Shown: positions 27,126 through 36,790, numbered from the stretch's first letter. The stretch: 48,346 nucleotides of DNA from Candidatus Omnitrophota bacterium (GCA_003565945.1 PXAH01000021.1:1-48346), one strand, 5' to 3'. Notes: generated by a model not told the origin, from the letters alone. Numbers and translations are program-made.

Positions 27126-30100
27126 ATGCCTAAACGAAAGGACATTAACAAAATTTTAATAGTTGGGTCCGGCCCGATTATAATCGGGCAGGCTTGTGAG
27201 TTTGACTATTCCGGCGTTCAAGCCTGCAAAGCTCTTAAGGAAGAGGGTTATCAGGTAGTCTTGGTTAATTCTAACCCGGCAACTATCATGACTGACCCTG
27301 AAATGGCCGACAAAACTTATATTGAACCATTGACCTTAGGTAGTGTCGAAAAAATAATTAAAAAAGAAAAGCCGGATGCCTTGCTTCCAAACTTAGGCGG
27401 CCAAACCGGCTTAAATATCGCCTCCGGCCTTCACCAGTCTGGAATTCTAGAGAAATACGGAGTAGAAATTATCGGGGTTCAGACCAAAACTATTGAAAAA
27501 GGCGAAGACCGAATAGCTTTCAAGGAAACCATGCGTAAGTTAAACATACCGGTTCCTCGATCTGAACCGGCTCATTCGGTTGGTGAAGCTGAAGCGATAG
27601 CTTCCCGTCTTGGTTATCCGGTGGTTTTAAGGCCTGCTTTTACCCTGGGAGGAACCGGTGGTGGAATAGCTTACAACATCGAGGAGCTGCGAATTATTGT
27701 TAGCCGGGGCCTAGCCGCAAGCTTAGTCCATCAGGTATTAATAGAGGAGTCAGTTTTAGGTTGGGAAGAATTAGAATTAGAAGTTGTTAGAGACAACAAT
27801 AACAAAAAAGTTTCAGTTTGTTTTATTGAAAACGTTGATGCTATGGGTGTTCATACCGGTGATAGTTTTTGTGTGGCGCCTACCCTTACCGTGCCGGATG
27901 GATTATTGCGAAGAATAGAGGATATTTCCTATAAGATAGTGGATGCGGTTGGAGTTATCGGAGGAACTAACGTTCAACTTGCGCACAACCTCAAGGATGA
28001 TAGATTGGTTGTAATTGAAATTAATCCCCGTACTTCCCGTTCATCTGCCCTGGCTTCAAAAGCGACCGGTTTTCCAATAGCCAGGGTTTCGGCAAAATTG
28101 GCAACAGGCATTAATTTGGATGAAATTCCTTATTGGCAAAAAGGGACTCTAGATAAATATGAATTTACCGGAGACTATGTAGTTGTTAAGTTTGCTCGTT
28201 GGGCCTTTGAGAAGTTTGCTAAAGCTGAAGATATTATTGGTACTCAGATGAAAGCGGTAGGTGAAGTTATGAGTATCGGCAAAAACTTTAAAGAGGCTTT
28301 TCAAAAAGCTATTCGTTCTCTAGAGATAGGCAGGCTTGGCTTGGGAGTTGATGATTTTAAAAAATTATCTTTAGTTGATTTAGAGAAAAGAATTTCCACA
28401 CCTTCCAGCGAGCGTATTTTTTTAGTCTATGAAGCTTTACGCCGGGGGAAAAGCTTAGAAAGCCTTAATAAGATAACTTATATTAACAAATGGTTTCTTG
28501 CTCAAATGAAGGAAATAGTTTCCTTGGAGGAAGATATTTCCCTTCTTGGCTGGGATAAATTAACTGATAAAAAATTGATAGAGGCTAAAGAAAGTGGCTT
28601 TTCTGATCAATACCTGGCTCAAATACTTGGTGTAGAAGAAAGCCAGGTACGCTGTCGGCGTAAAAAAACCGATAAAGTAGTTCGTTTTGCCCAGGTGCCT
28701 GTAAGTGGAGTAGACAATGCTTTTTACTATTATTCTACCTATCAGAATGTTAAAGATCTGCCTGCCTTAAAAGAGAAGAAAAAAGTAATGATTTTAGGCG
28801 GAGGCCCAAATAGAATTGGCCAAGGCATAGAGTTTGATTATACTTGTGTTCATGGGGCTTTTGCTTTGAAAGAGGAAGGATACCAGTCAATAATGGTTAA
28901 TTGTAATCCGGAGACCGTTTCTACCGATTACGATACGGCTGATAAGCTTTACTTTGAACCATTGACTGTTGAGGATGTTTTAGCAATTTACGAAAAAGAG
29001 AAACCGGAAGGGGTGATAGTCCAATTTGGCGGCCAAACCCCCCTAAATATTGCCCAGCAGCTTAAAGATAGCGGAGTAAAGATTCTAGGTACCTCGCCTG
29101 AGGATATACGTTTGGCCGAAGATAGAGAGTATTTTCAAAAGAAGATGAATTCACTAGGAATTCTTCAGCCGGAGAGCGGAATAGCCCGGTCATCTGAAGA
29201 GGCAGTAAAAAAAGCGAATGAAATTGGCTATCCTCTTATAGTCAGGCCGTCTTTTGTTTTAGGCGGAAGGGCTATGGCGATAATTTATAATGAAGATATG
29301 CTCAAGCGCTATAGCCAAGAAGCAATAAAAGTAAGCCCAAAATATCCGATGCTTATTGATAAATTTCTGGAAGAAGCAATTGAAATAGAGGTGGATGCTT
29401 TGTCTGACGGTGAAGACATTTTCATTTCTTCAATTATGGAACATATTGAGCTTGCCGGGGTTCATTCCGGCGATTCAGCCTGCGCTATACCCTCCCGAAG
29501 CATTAAAAAAGAAGACAGAGAAACAATAGGGGAATATACCAGGAAACTGGCAAAGGAGCTGAGGGTGGTTGGCTTAATGAATATACAATACGCAATATAC
29601 AAAAATAGAGTTTACATTTTAGAGGTAAACCCCCGCGCTTCCAGAACAGTTCCTTTAGTATCAAAAGTAACAAATGTTGCTTTTGCCCGCATAGCCACTA
29701 AATTGATGTTAGGTAAAAAAATAAAAGATTTTCCTGAGTTACGCCAAAGAGAGCTTCCCTATGTTGGCGTCAAAGAGGCTGTATTTCCTTTTAATATGTT
29801 TCCGGAAGTTGACCCTGTTTTAGGCCCGGAAATGAAGGCTACCGGGGAAGTTATGGGTATAGCTGACAGCTTTGGCCTTGCTTTCTATAAGGCTCAGGAA
29901 GCGGCCGGTTTAAAGCTTCCGGTTGAAGGTAATGTTCTTTTTACTGTTGCCAATAAAGATAAGGAAAAACTACTGCCGGTAGCGGCTAGGTTAAGCAAAT
30001 TAGGGTTTAGTATTTATGCTACCGAAGGAACCGGTTTATTCTTCCGGGAGCAGGGCATCAAATGTCTGTTTGTTAAGAAGCTTCACCAAGGCAGGCCGAA

Positions 30101-30341
30101 TATTGTTGACGAAATTAAGAATAAAAAAATTAATTTGATTATCAACACTCCCATAGGTTTGTCCAGCAAGCATGATGACAGCTATATCCGGATAAAGGCT
30201 ATTCAGCACAAAATACCCTACATTACTTCAGTTGCCGCTGCCTTTGCCAGTGTAGAAGGAATAGAAGCTGTGAAACAGGAAGATATTTTTCCTGAATCCT
30301 TGCAGGAATATTACAAGGGAAAGTTAAAGGTTCATGAATAA
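27126..30341 (+). CDS. carB: carbamoyl-phosphate synthase large subunit
   Basis: 1071 aa. Duplicated ATP-grasp halves (ILI.GSGPI.IGQA.EFDYSG twice) and a C-terminal MGS-like domain. Confidence 0.97.
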   Translation: MPKRKDINKILIVGSGPIIIGQACEFDYSGVQACKALKEEGYQVVLVNSNPATIMTDPEMADKTYIEPLTLGSVEKIIKKEKPDALLPNLGGQTGLNIASGLHQSGILEKYGVEIIGVQTKTIEKGEDRIAFKETMRKLNIPVPRSEPAHSVGEAEAIASRLGYPVVLRPAFTLGGTGGGIAYNIEELRIIVSRGLAASLVHQVLIEESVLGWEELELEVVRDNNNKKVSVCFIENVDAMGVHTGDSFCVAPTLTVPDGLLRRIEDISYKIVDAVGVIGGTNVQLAHNLKDDRLVVIEINPRTSRSSALASKATGFPIARVSAKLATGINLDEIPYWQKGTLDKYEFTGDYVVVKFARWAFEKFAKAEDIIGTQMKAVGEVMSIGKNFKEAFQKAIRSLEIGRLGLGVDDFKKLSLVDLEKRISTPSSERIFLVYEALRRGKSLESLNKITYINKWFLAQMKEIVSLEEDISLLGWDKLTDKKLIEAKESGFSDQYLAQILGVEESQVRCRRKKTDKVVRFAQVPVSGVDNAFYYYSTYQNVKDLPALKEKKKVMILGGGPNRIGQGIEFDYTCVHGAFALKEEGYQSIMVNCNPETVSTDYDTADKLYFEPLTVEDVLAIYEKEKPEGVIVQFGGQTPLNIAQQLKDSGVKILGTSPEDIRLAEDREYFQKKMNSLGILQPESGIARSSEEAVKKANEIGYPLIVRPSFVLGGRAMAIIYNEDMLKRYSQEAIKVSPKYPMLIDKFLEEAIEIEVDALSDGEDIFISSIMEHIELAGVHSGDSACAIPSRSIKKEDRETIGEYTRKLAKELRVVGLMNIQYAIYKNRVYILEVNPRASRTVPLVSKVTNVAFARIATKLMLGKKIKDFPELRQRELPYVGVKEAVFPFNMFPEVDPVLGPEMKATGEVMGIADSFGLAFYKAQEAAGLKLPVEGNVLFTVANKDKEKLLPVAARLSKLGFSIYATEGTGLFFREQGIKCLFVKKLHQGRPNIVDEIKNKKINLIINTPIGLSSKHDDSYIRIKAIQHKIPYITSVAAAFASVEGIEAVKQEDIFPESLQEYYKGKLKVHE

Positions 30342-31860
30342 AGATTTAAAAAAAACAGGGTTTGATAATAAAAAATATCTCAAAGAACAAACTGAGGCTA
30401 TTTTAAAGAGAGTTAAGAAGTTCGGCAATAAGCTTTACCTTGAGTTTGGAGGTAAGCTTATATTTGATTATCATGCTCATCGAGTCTTGCCGGGGTTTGA
30501 TCCAAACTCAAAAATGCTTCTTCTTCAAAAACTTAAAGATAGGGCTGAAATAATTTTATGTATTTACGCCGGTGATATCGAAAGAAAAAAAATGCGAGCT
30601 GATTTTGGTATTACCTATGACAACGATGTTTTGAAAGTTATTGATGAGTTAAGCCGCTGGGGACTGAAGCTGGCCGCGGTCGTAATTACCCGGTTTGATG
30701 GACAACCAGCGGCAAAAATATTTAAAAATAAGTTAGAGCATCGTAAAATTAAAGTATATACTCACCAGTTTACTAAAGGATATCCTACCGATGTTGATAC
30801 AATTGTAAGTAAACAAGGCTATGGGGCTAATCCTTACATTAAAACCAGCCGTTCTTTAGTTGTGGTTATTGGCCCGGGCCCTGGCAGTGGTAAGCTAGCA
30901 ACCTGTCTTTCTCAGCTTTACCATGACTATAAAAAAGGGGTAAAGGCCGGATATGCAAAATTTGAAACTTTTCCTGTTTGGAACATCCCCCTTAAGCATC
31001 CGCTTAATGTCGCTTATGAAGCGGCCACCGCCGATATAAAAGACTATAACATGATTGATCCCTTTTATTTGGAGAAATATCAGCAAACAGCGGTGAATTA
31101 CAACCGGGATATCGAAATCTTTCCTGTGATTCAAAGGATTTTAACGAAAATTACCGGCAGGAAGGGTTTTTATAATTCGCCTACTGATATGGGTGTTAAC
31201 CGGGTAGGGTTGAGCATTGTCGATGATCATTTAGTAAGAGAAGCTGCTTCTCAAGAGATAATTAGAAGGTTTTTTCGTTACAGTTGCGAGTATGTTCTTG
31301 GGCTTGTCGAAAAAAGCACCGTTGAGCGAATTCGCTTACTTATGGAGGAGTTGAATATAAAAGTTGAAAAAAGAAAAGTTGTTGAGGTAGCCCGCCGAGC
31401 AAGTAAGGAAGCAGCGAAAAAAAGTAAAGTTTCTACTGACTATTCTTGCGCGGCAGCGATCGAACTAGATAATTCAAAGTTTATTACCGGGAAAAGTTCT
31501 TCATTGATGCATGCCCCCTCAAGCCTTGTTTTGAACGCGGTGAAAGCTTTGTCCGGTATCCCGGATAAAATTCATTTGCTTTCGCCAATGACGATTGAGT
31601 CGATAAAAAAACTTAAAAAAAGTATATCTAAGACTCAAGTTGCCAGTTTAGATTTAGAAGAAACTTTAATAGCTTTAAGTATAAGCGCCTCGACTAATCC
31701 AACAGCTGCTTTGGCTTTAGATAACTTAAAATTATTAAAAAATAAAGAAGTGCACCTTACCCACATTCCTTTTTCCGGGGATGAAGTAGGCCTAAGAAGT
31801 CTCGGGGTAAATTTAACCAGCGATCCTAACTTCTCAAGTAGTAGTTTGTTTTTTGAATAG
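30334..31860 (+). CDS. DUF1846 (UPF0371) family protein
   Basis: 508 aa. The N-terminus GFDN.KYL.EQ..AI..R...F..KLYLEFGGKL..D.HA.RVLPGF matches my recollection of UPF0371. Overlaps the carB stop by 8 nt. Confidence 0.7.
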   Translation: MNKDLKKTGFDNKKYLKEQTEAILKRVKKFGNKLYLEFGGKLIFDYHAHRVLPGFDPNSKMLLLQKLKDRAEIILCIYAGDIERKKMRADFGITYDNDVLKVIDELSRWGLKLAAVVITRFDGQPAAKIFKNKLEHRKIKVYTHQFTKGYPTDVDTIVSKQGYGANPYIKTSRSLVVVIGPGPGSGKLATCLSQLYHDYKKGVKAGYAKFETFPVWNIPLKHPLNVAYEAATADIKDYNMIDPFYLEKYQQTAVNYNRDIEIFPVIQRILTKITGRKGFYNSPTDMGVNRVGLSIVDDHLVREAASQEIIRRFFRYSCEYVLGLVEKSTVERIRLLMEELNIKVEKRKVVEVARRASKEAAKKSKVSTDYSCAAAIELDNSKFITGKSSSLMHAPSSLVLNAVKALSGIPDKIHLLSPMTIESIKKLKKSISKTQVASLDLEETLIALSISASTNPTAALALDNLKLLKNKEVHLTHIPFSGDEVGLRSLGVNLTSDPNFSSSSLFFE

Positions 31861-31989
31861 GAATTCAACCTGCCTTGTACAATAAACCGCATGGAAAACT
31901 TATGGAAGAGATGGTGGAATATAAAATATTTAAATCTGAATTTTGTATTTAACCTAAGATGATAAAAGATATTATACCAGGAGGCTCCG

Positions 31990-32460
31990 ATGGAAAGAGT
32001 TCATCTAACTCAAGAAGGCTATGAAAAGCTATCCGAAGAATTAGGTTTTCTTAAGCAAAAAAAAAGAAAGGAAATTTCCCAAAGCATAGAGCACGCCCGT
32101 TCTTTGGGGGATTTAAAGGAAAACGCCGAGTATCACGCCGCCAAGGAGGCAATGGCTGAAAATGAACGTAAAATTAAAGAGTTGGAAGATAAATTAAGCC
32201 GGGCAGAGATAATCGATACCAAAAATATTGATACTGATAAAGCCTATTTAGGAGCGAAAGTTAAATTAAAAGATCTTAGCTCGGGCGAGGAGATTACTTA
32301 TAAGTTGGTAGGCCAGGATGAGGCTGACCCTTTAGCTGATTTAATATCTATTAGTTCCCCGGTAGGTAAGTCTTTACTTGGGTGCCAAAAGGGAGAAGAA
32401 ATTAGCGTGCAAGCTCCGGTAGGAACTTTAAAATATAAAGTAATTGAAATATTGTGGTAG
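31990..32460 (+). CDS. greA: transcription elongation factor GreA
   Basis: 156 aa. LT.EGYEKL..EL..L......I...I..AR..GDL.ENAEYHAAKE, followed by the FKBP-like C-terminal domain. Confidence 0.95.
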   Translation: MERVHLTQEGYEKLSEELGFLKQKKRKEISQSIEHARSLGDLKENAEYHAAKEAMAENERKIKELEDKLSRAEIIDTKNIDTDKAYLGAKVKLKDLSSGEEITYKLVGQDEADPLADLISISSPVGKSLLGCQKGEEISVQAPVGTLKYKVIEILW

Positions 32461-33677
32461 AAGATAAAAAAGTTGAGCTTGTCTCAGGCGCCGGGGATTG
32501 GCCGTCTCTGAGGGCTGCCATTGATGCCGGCTGTGATTCATTGTTTTTTGGCCTGAAGGATTTTAATTTGCGGGACAATGCGTCCAATTTTGACCTTCTT
32601 GAGCTTGAAAAAATTATAAAATTATTACACAGAAATAAACGAAAAGCTTACTTAGTTTTAAATACAATTATCTACAACCATGAGCTAAAAAAGCTTGAGA
32701 AATATCTCAAAGAGGCAAAAAGAGCTAAAGTAGATGGGGTAGTTTTATGGGATCTGGCGGCTTTGGAACTTGCTTCTAGGTTGGGTTTAAAAATTCATTT
32801 ATCTACTCAAGCTAGTGTAGCTAATTATTTGAGCTTAAGAAAATACTTTGATTGGGGGGTTAGGCGAGTAGTGCTAGCCAGAGAGTGCGGTTTATCTGAT
32901 ATCAGAGAAATTAAAGAAGAAATAAAAAAAGAAGACTTTAGCTGTCAAATAGAGGCATTTGCCCATGGAGCGATGTGTGTTTCGGTTTCTGGCCGCTGTT
33001 TTCTTTCGGAATTTTCCTTTGGTAAGTCTGCTAATAGAGGTAAATGCTTGCAAGTTTGCCGGCGTAACTTTAAGATAATTGATATCCAGGATAACCAAGA
33101 GTATATTTTGGGCCAGGATTACATTTTGAGCCCCAAAGATTTATGTTCGGTAGATTTTATAGGCCAGCTTATATCGGCTGGCGTAGACGCACTTAAAATA
33201 GAGGGAAGAAGGCGCTCTCCTGAGTATATTTACTTGGTAACTTCTGTTTACAGAAAGGCTATTGATGCTTTTTATCAGAACAAGTTGGATGATGCTTACA
33301 AAGTGAAACTAAAAGAAGAATTACGTAAAACTTACAACCGGGGCCTTTCTAGTGGTTTTTATTTCGGGCAGCCGCGAGAGTGGCAAAGTAGCCAGCTCCA
33401 AAATAAATATGAAAAAGTATATTTAGGCCGTGTTTTTAAATTTTATAAAAAGATTATGGTTGCTGAATTAGAAATAAAACATAAAATGCTTAAGAAAGGA
33501 GATGTTTTGCTTTTCATCGGAAAAGTAACCGGGGCGAAATTTGCTAAAGCTGAACAAATTCAAATTAATCATCAATTTATAGATTCAGTTTCTCCTGGCC
33601 AAAAATGCGGAATTAAACTGGATATAGAGGCTAAAAGCGGCGATAAGGTTTTTCTTTGGAAGCCAAAAAAAAAATAG
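32454..33677 (+). CDS. peptidase U32 family protein
   Basis: 407 aa. U32 signature EAFAHGAMCVSVSGRCFLS. Overlaps greA by 7 nt. Confidence 0.85.
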   Translation: MVEDKKVELVSGAGDWPSLRAAIDAGCDSLFFGLKDFNLRDNASNFDLLELEKIIKLLHRNKRKAYLVLNTIIYNHELKKLEKYLKEAKRAKVDGVVLWDLAALELASRLGLKIHLSTQASVANYLSLRKYFDWGVRRVVLARECGLSDIREIKEEIKKEDFSCQIEAFAHGAMCVSVSGRCFLSEFSFGKSANRGKCLQVCRRNFKIIDIQDNQEYILGQDYILSPKDLCSVDFIGQLISAGVDALKIEGRRRSPEYIYLVTSVYRKAIDAFYQNKLDDAYKVKLKEELRKTYNRGLSSGFYFGQPREWQSSQLQNKYEKVYLGRVFKFYKKIMVAELEIKHKMLKKGDVLLFIGKVTGAKFAKAEQIQINHQFIDSVSPGQKCGIKLDIEAKSGDKVFLWKPKKK

Positions 33678-33719
33678 CCTTTCTGCCGCGTGAGAGGATG
33701 TTTAGGATACAATTGCAAG

Positions 33720-34748
33720 ATGAAAAACAAACAAAGCATTAATATTTCCCGTTTACCGGAGGAAGAAATTCTTAATATGCGGGTTTGTGACCTGCCGCTT
33801 AGCATAAAAGGGAGTTGGCTTGAGCCCTGCATAGAAAAGCTTTACCAAGAACTGAATCTAAAGGGAGTAATGTTTAAACCGGAATGTTACCTAGCCGATG
33901 AATGGTTGGCTCCGGATAAGGAGCCGGTAATTGGGATACCATTTTTTTTGGCTCACCCCAGGCTTATCAAACTAGAAAAGAAAATCATGCTTGAAGCGGA
34001 AGGCAACAGTTATCCTTGGTGCTTAAAGCTGCTCAGGCATGAGGCCGGCCATGCCATAAATTATGCATATAAGTTATATAGGCGAAAAAGCTGGAAAAAA
34101 GTTTTCGGCGAGTTCACTAAAGAATATCCGGATAAATACCGTTTCCGTCCCTACAGCAAGAGTTTCGTTAGACACTTGGAAGATTATTACGCGCAATATC
34201 ATCCGGATGAAGATTTTGCTGAAACCTTTGCGGTGTGGCTTACGCCTAATTTTAATTGGGAGAAAAAGTATCGAGGCTGGAAAGCGCTGGATAAGCTTTA
34301 TTACTTAGATAAAGTAATAAATGAAATTAAAGCTCGAGAGCCATTGGTCAAAAAAGGAGTTAAGCATTGGCAGCAATCCGCGATGCGAATTAGGCTGAAG
34401 AATTTTTATAAAAAGAAAAAGCATTATTACGCAGAAGACTTTCCTGACTTTCACGATATTAACTTGAAAAAAATATTTACACCCAAAAGTAGCCTTCTAG
34501 ATTCTTCCGGACACAAGCTTGCTTCAAACATACTAAAAAATCATAAAAAGGATATTCTTGATTCAACTGCCAGGTGGACTGGTGAAAAAAAATATGTTAT
34601 TTCTGAATTAATCAATGCTATATCCGAGAGATGCAAAAAATTAGATCTAGTAGTTGAAGGCTCTCAGGATAAGGCCTTAACGGATATAACTATTTATATT
34701 ACTACTTTAATAATGAATTATATCCATACCGGCGGATTCAGAAGCTGA
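33720..34748 (+). CDS. putative zinc metallopeptidase (HExxH), uncharacterised family
   Basis: About 342 aa from the ATG at 33720. LLRHEAGHAINYAY (HExxH), with EDFAETFAVW downstream. Resembles proteins annotated as putative zinc-binding metallopeptidase; no search was run. Confidence 0.6.
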   Translation: MKNKQSINISRLPEEEILNMRVCDLPLSIKGSWLEPCIEKLYQELNLKGVMFKPECYLADEWLAPDKEPVIGIPFFLAHPRLIKLEKKIMLEAEGNSYPWCLKLLRHEAGHAINYAYKLYRRKSWKKVFGEFTKEYPDKYRFRPYSKSFVRHLEDYYAQYHPDEDFAETFAVWLTPNFNWEKKYRGWKALDKLYYLDKVINEIKAREPLVKKGVKHWQQSAMRIRLKNFYKKKKHYYAEDFPDFHDINLKKIFTPKSSLLDSSGHKLASNILKNHKKDILDSTARWTGEKKYVISELINAISERCKKLDLVVEGSQDKALTDITIYITTLIMNYIHTGGFRS

Positions 34749-34750
34749 TT

Positions 34751-34787
34751 GAGCAGTCGGGGAGTTTTTTTGTCTCTCCGACTGCTC
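34751..34787. repeat. 14-bp-stem hairpin immediately after the metallopeptidase stop
   Basis: GAGCAGTCGGGGAG (34751-34764) pairs with CTCTCCGACTGCTC (34774-34787), including one G-T pair. The loop is T-rich and 9 nt long. Confidence 0.9.
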
Positions 34788-34805
34788 ATCCTGAGGAGCA
34801 CAGCG

Positions 34806-34832
34806 ACGAAGGATCTCAGAAGATCCTTCCGT
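34806..34832. repeat. second hairpin in the same spacer
   Basis: GAAGGATCT (34808-34816) pairs with AGATCCTTC (34821-34829) around a CAGA loop, plus 2 flanking bp across a 1-nt bulge. Confidence 0.9.
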
Positions 34833-34944
34833 AGCAACTACTTTGATAAGGATAACTGAACAAAATAGGTGCTGGGTCAAGATGAGCTCTTCGAGCGGGA
34901 AAACATCCCGAAGGCACAGTTAATTAATATAATGGTAAGTAAGT

Positions 34945-35949
34945 ATGCGAAAAAAAATACTGCTGCTTTGTGATTCACCTTATCCGGTTGAGAGAGGGTA
35001 TGACTTTAAAGAAGAATTCTCTCATTTTGACTGGGACACTGAAAGAGAAATCTATCGAACATTATCCGAGTGCGGCTATAAGGTTAAAATTTTGGCTATT
35101 TGCGATGATATCAGTCCATTAATCGAAGAAGTAAGAGAATTTAGGCCTCAAATTATCTTTAATCTCGTAGAGGTATTTGGCCAGAAATCTTATCTAGATA
35201 AGAATGTTGCTTCTGTTCTTGAGATGCTGGGCATATCCTATACCGGGGCTTCGCCGCGGAACTTACTTATTTGCTGCGATAAAGCTTTAACCAAGACCAT
35301 TTTGAATTTTCATAAAATTAAGGTGCCTCAATTTTATACTTTTTATCGCGGCAGGCGGGTTTGGCTGCCGAAGTGCCTGAAAGTTCCTTTGATCGTAAAG
35401 CCTTTAAGCGATGAGGCTTCCAGGGGGTTATCTCAGGCTTCAGTCGTTGATAACCAGGATTCGTTGGTTGAAAGAGTAAAGTTTATTCATAACAATTTTA
35501 AAGGTGACGCGATAGCCGAAGAATATATAGACGGCAGAGAGTTTTACGTAAGTATTTTAGGAAATTCTCATTTGAAAGTTTTGCCGATTCGGGAGTTAAA
35601 ATTCGGAAAATTTCCTGAAGATGAGCCACGGATAGCAACCTACAAAGCAAAGTGGGATTATGATTATCGCAAGCGCTGGAAAATAAAAAACGTTTTTGCC
35701 CGCGGCCTTCCCGCAACTACTGAAGAAAAAATTAAAAAGGTATGCAAAAGAGCTTATAGGGTTTTAAACATGAAAAGCTACGCTCGCTTTGATATCCGGG
35801 TTTCTCCGGAAGGCGGTATTTATATTTTAGAGGCAAATGCTAACCCCTCTTTAGACCCTGATGATGAATTAGCTGAATCCGCCAAAAAAGAAGGGATAAG
35901 ATATAAAGATTTAATCTTAAAAATTATTGATTTTGCTCAAAAGCGATGA
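34945..35949 (+). CDS. D-Ala-D-Ala-ligase-like ATP-grasp enzyme of unknown substrate
   Basis: 334 aa. Pre-ATP-grasp N-domain (KILLLCD...), then KP..E.S..G...V and EEYI.GREF.V..LG, ending with F.RFD.R......IYILEANANP, as in the Ddl/RimK superfamily. Confidence 0.8.
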   Translation: MRKKILLLCDSPYPVERGYDFKEEFSHFDWDTEREIYRTLSECGYKVKILAICDDISPLIEEVREFRPQIIFNLVEVFGQKSYLDKNVASVLEMLGISYTGASPRNLLICCDKALTKTILNFHKIKVPQFYTFYRGRRVWLPKCLKVPLIVKPLSDEASRGLSQASVVDNQDSLVERVKFIHNNFKGDAIAEEYIDGREFYVSILGNSHLKVLPIRELKFGKFPEDEPRIATYKAKWDYDYRKRWKIKNVFARGLPATTEEKIKKVCKRAYRVLNMKSYARFDIRVSPEGGIYILEANANPSLDPDDELAESAKKEGIRYKDLILKIIDFAQKR

Positions 35950-35958
35950 GGAGGAAAA

Positions 35959-36213
35959 TTGGCGGGAGAATTTGTAATCGGTGATTTTAAAAACATGGGA
36001 GGCGATACTCTTCTGGTCTCAGGTAAAGTCGAGTCAGGAGAAATTTCCGAAGGAGATGTGGGTAAAACTCTCAAAAGCAAAAGATTGGCGGTAATCAAAA
36101 TAGAGAAAAAAGGTATTCGGGCCGCGAAAGTAGCGGAAAAGGAACAGGTAAATATTTTTGTTAAATATATTGTTCCCGCGGATATAGGTGTAGGGCAGTC
36201 TTTGTTTTTTTAA
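35959..36213 (+). CDS. small stand-alone beta-barrel protein resembling EF-Tu domain 2
   Basis: 84 aa. TTG start 5 nt after GAGGAGGA. G.TLLVSGKVESGEISEGD.....K..RL.V..IE..G......A...E.V.I.VK......I.VGQ.L follows the GTP_EFTU_D2 pattern. Confidence 0.5.
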   Translation: MAGEFVIGDFKNMGGDTLLVSGKVESGEISEGDVGKTLKSKRLAVIKIEKKGIRAAKVAEKEQVNIFVKYIVPADIGVGQSLFF

Positions 36214-36214
36214 A

Positions 36215-36787
36215 ATGGAACAGATTTTAAATCCGGCCCAGAAAATTAAAATTATTGATATTGTCCGAAAGACATTAATTCAATACACCAAAAAAGGAAA
36301 GGCCTACCTTCCAAAGATAGAAGACTCAGAGCTTAAAGAAAAGAAGGGAGTATTTATAACCTTGCGCAAAAGAGGAGTTTTGCGTGGCTGTGTGGGATGT
36401 ATTGAATCTTCGCTTCCCCTTTATTTAGAGGCAAGAGATATGGCAATCGCGGCCGCTTCTCAAGATCCTAGATTTCCTCCTCTGGCAGAATCTGAATTGG
36501 AAAACCTTCAAATTGAGGTCTCAGTTTTATCTTCTCTGAAGAAAGTGAAAAACCCGGATGAAATTATTTTAGGAGAGCATGGGGTCTTAGTTAAAAAAAA
36601 TTCTCAAACAGGAGTTTTTCTTCCACAGGTCGCGAGGGAAACCGGTTGGCAGAGAGAGGAGTTTATGAATAATCTTTGCCTTAATAAAGCCGGTATCCGG
36701 CCTGATTCCTGGAAAAATGGCGGTTGTGATATTTTTATCTTTAGGGTTGAAGCTTTTAGTGATAAAATAACCGGTAAAAAAGGATGA
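36215..36787 (+). CDS. AMMECR1 domain protein
   Basis: 190 aa. GVFITLRKRGVLRGCVGCIES and DPRFPPL motifs. Starts 1 nt after the preceding stop. Confidence 0.9.
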   Translation: MEQILNPAQKIKIIDIVRKTLIQYTKKGKAYLPKIEDSELKEKKGVFITLRKRGVLRGCVGCIESSLPLYLEARDMAIAAASQDPRFPPLAESELENLQIEVSVLSSLKKVKNPDEIILGEHGVLVKKNSQTGVFLPQVARETGWQREEFMNNLCLNKAGIRPDSWKNGGCDIFIFRVEAFSDKITGKKG

Positions 36788-36790
36788 TTG

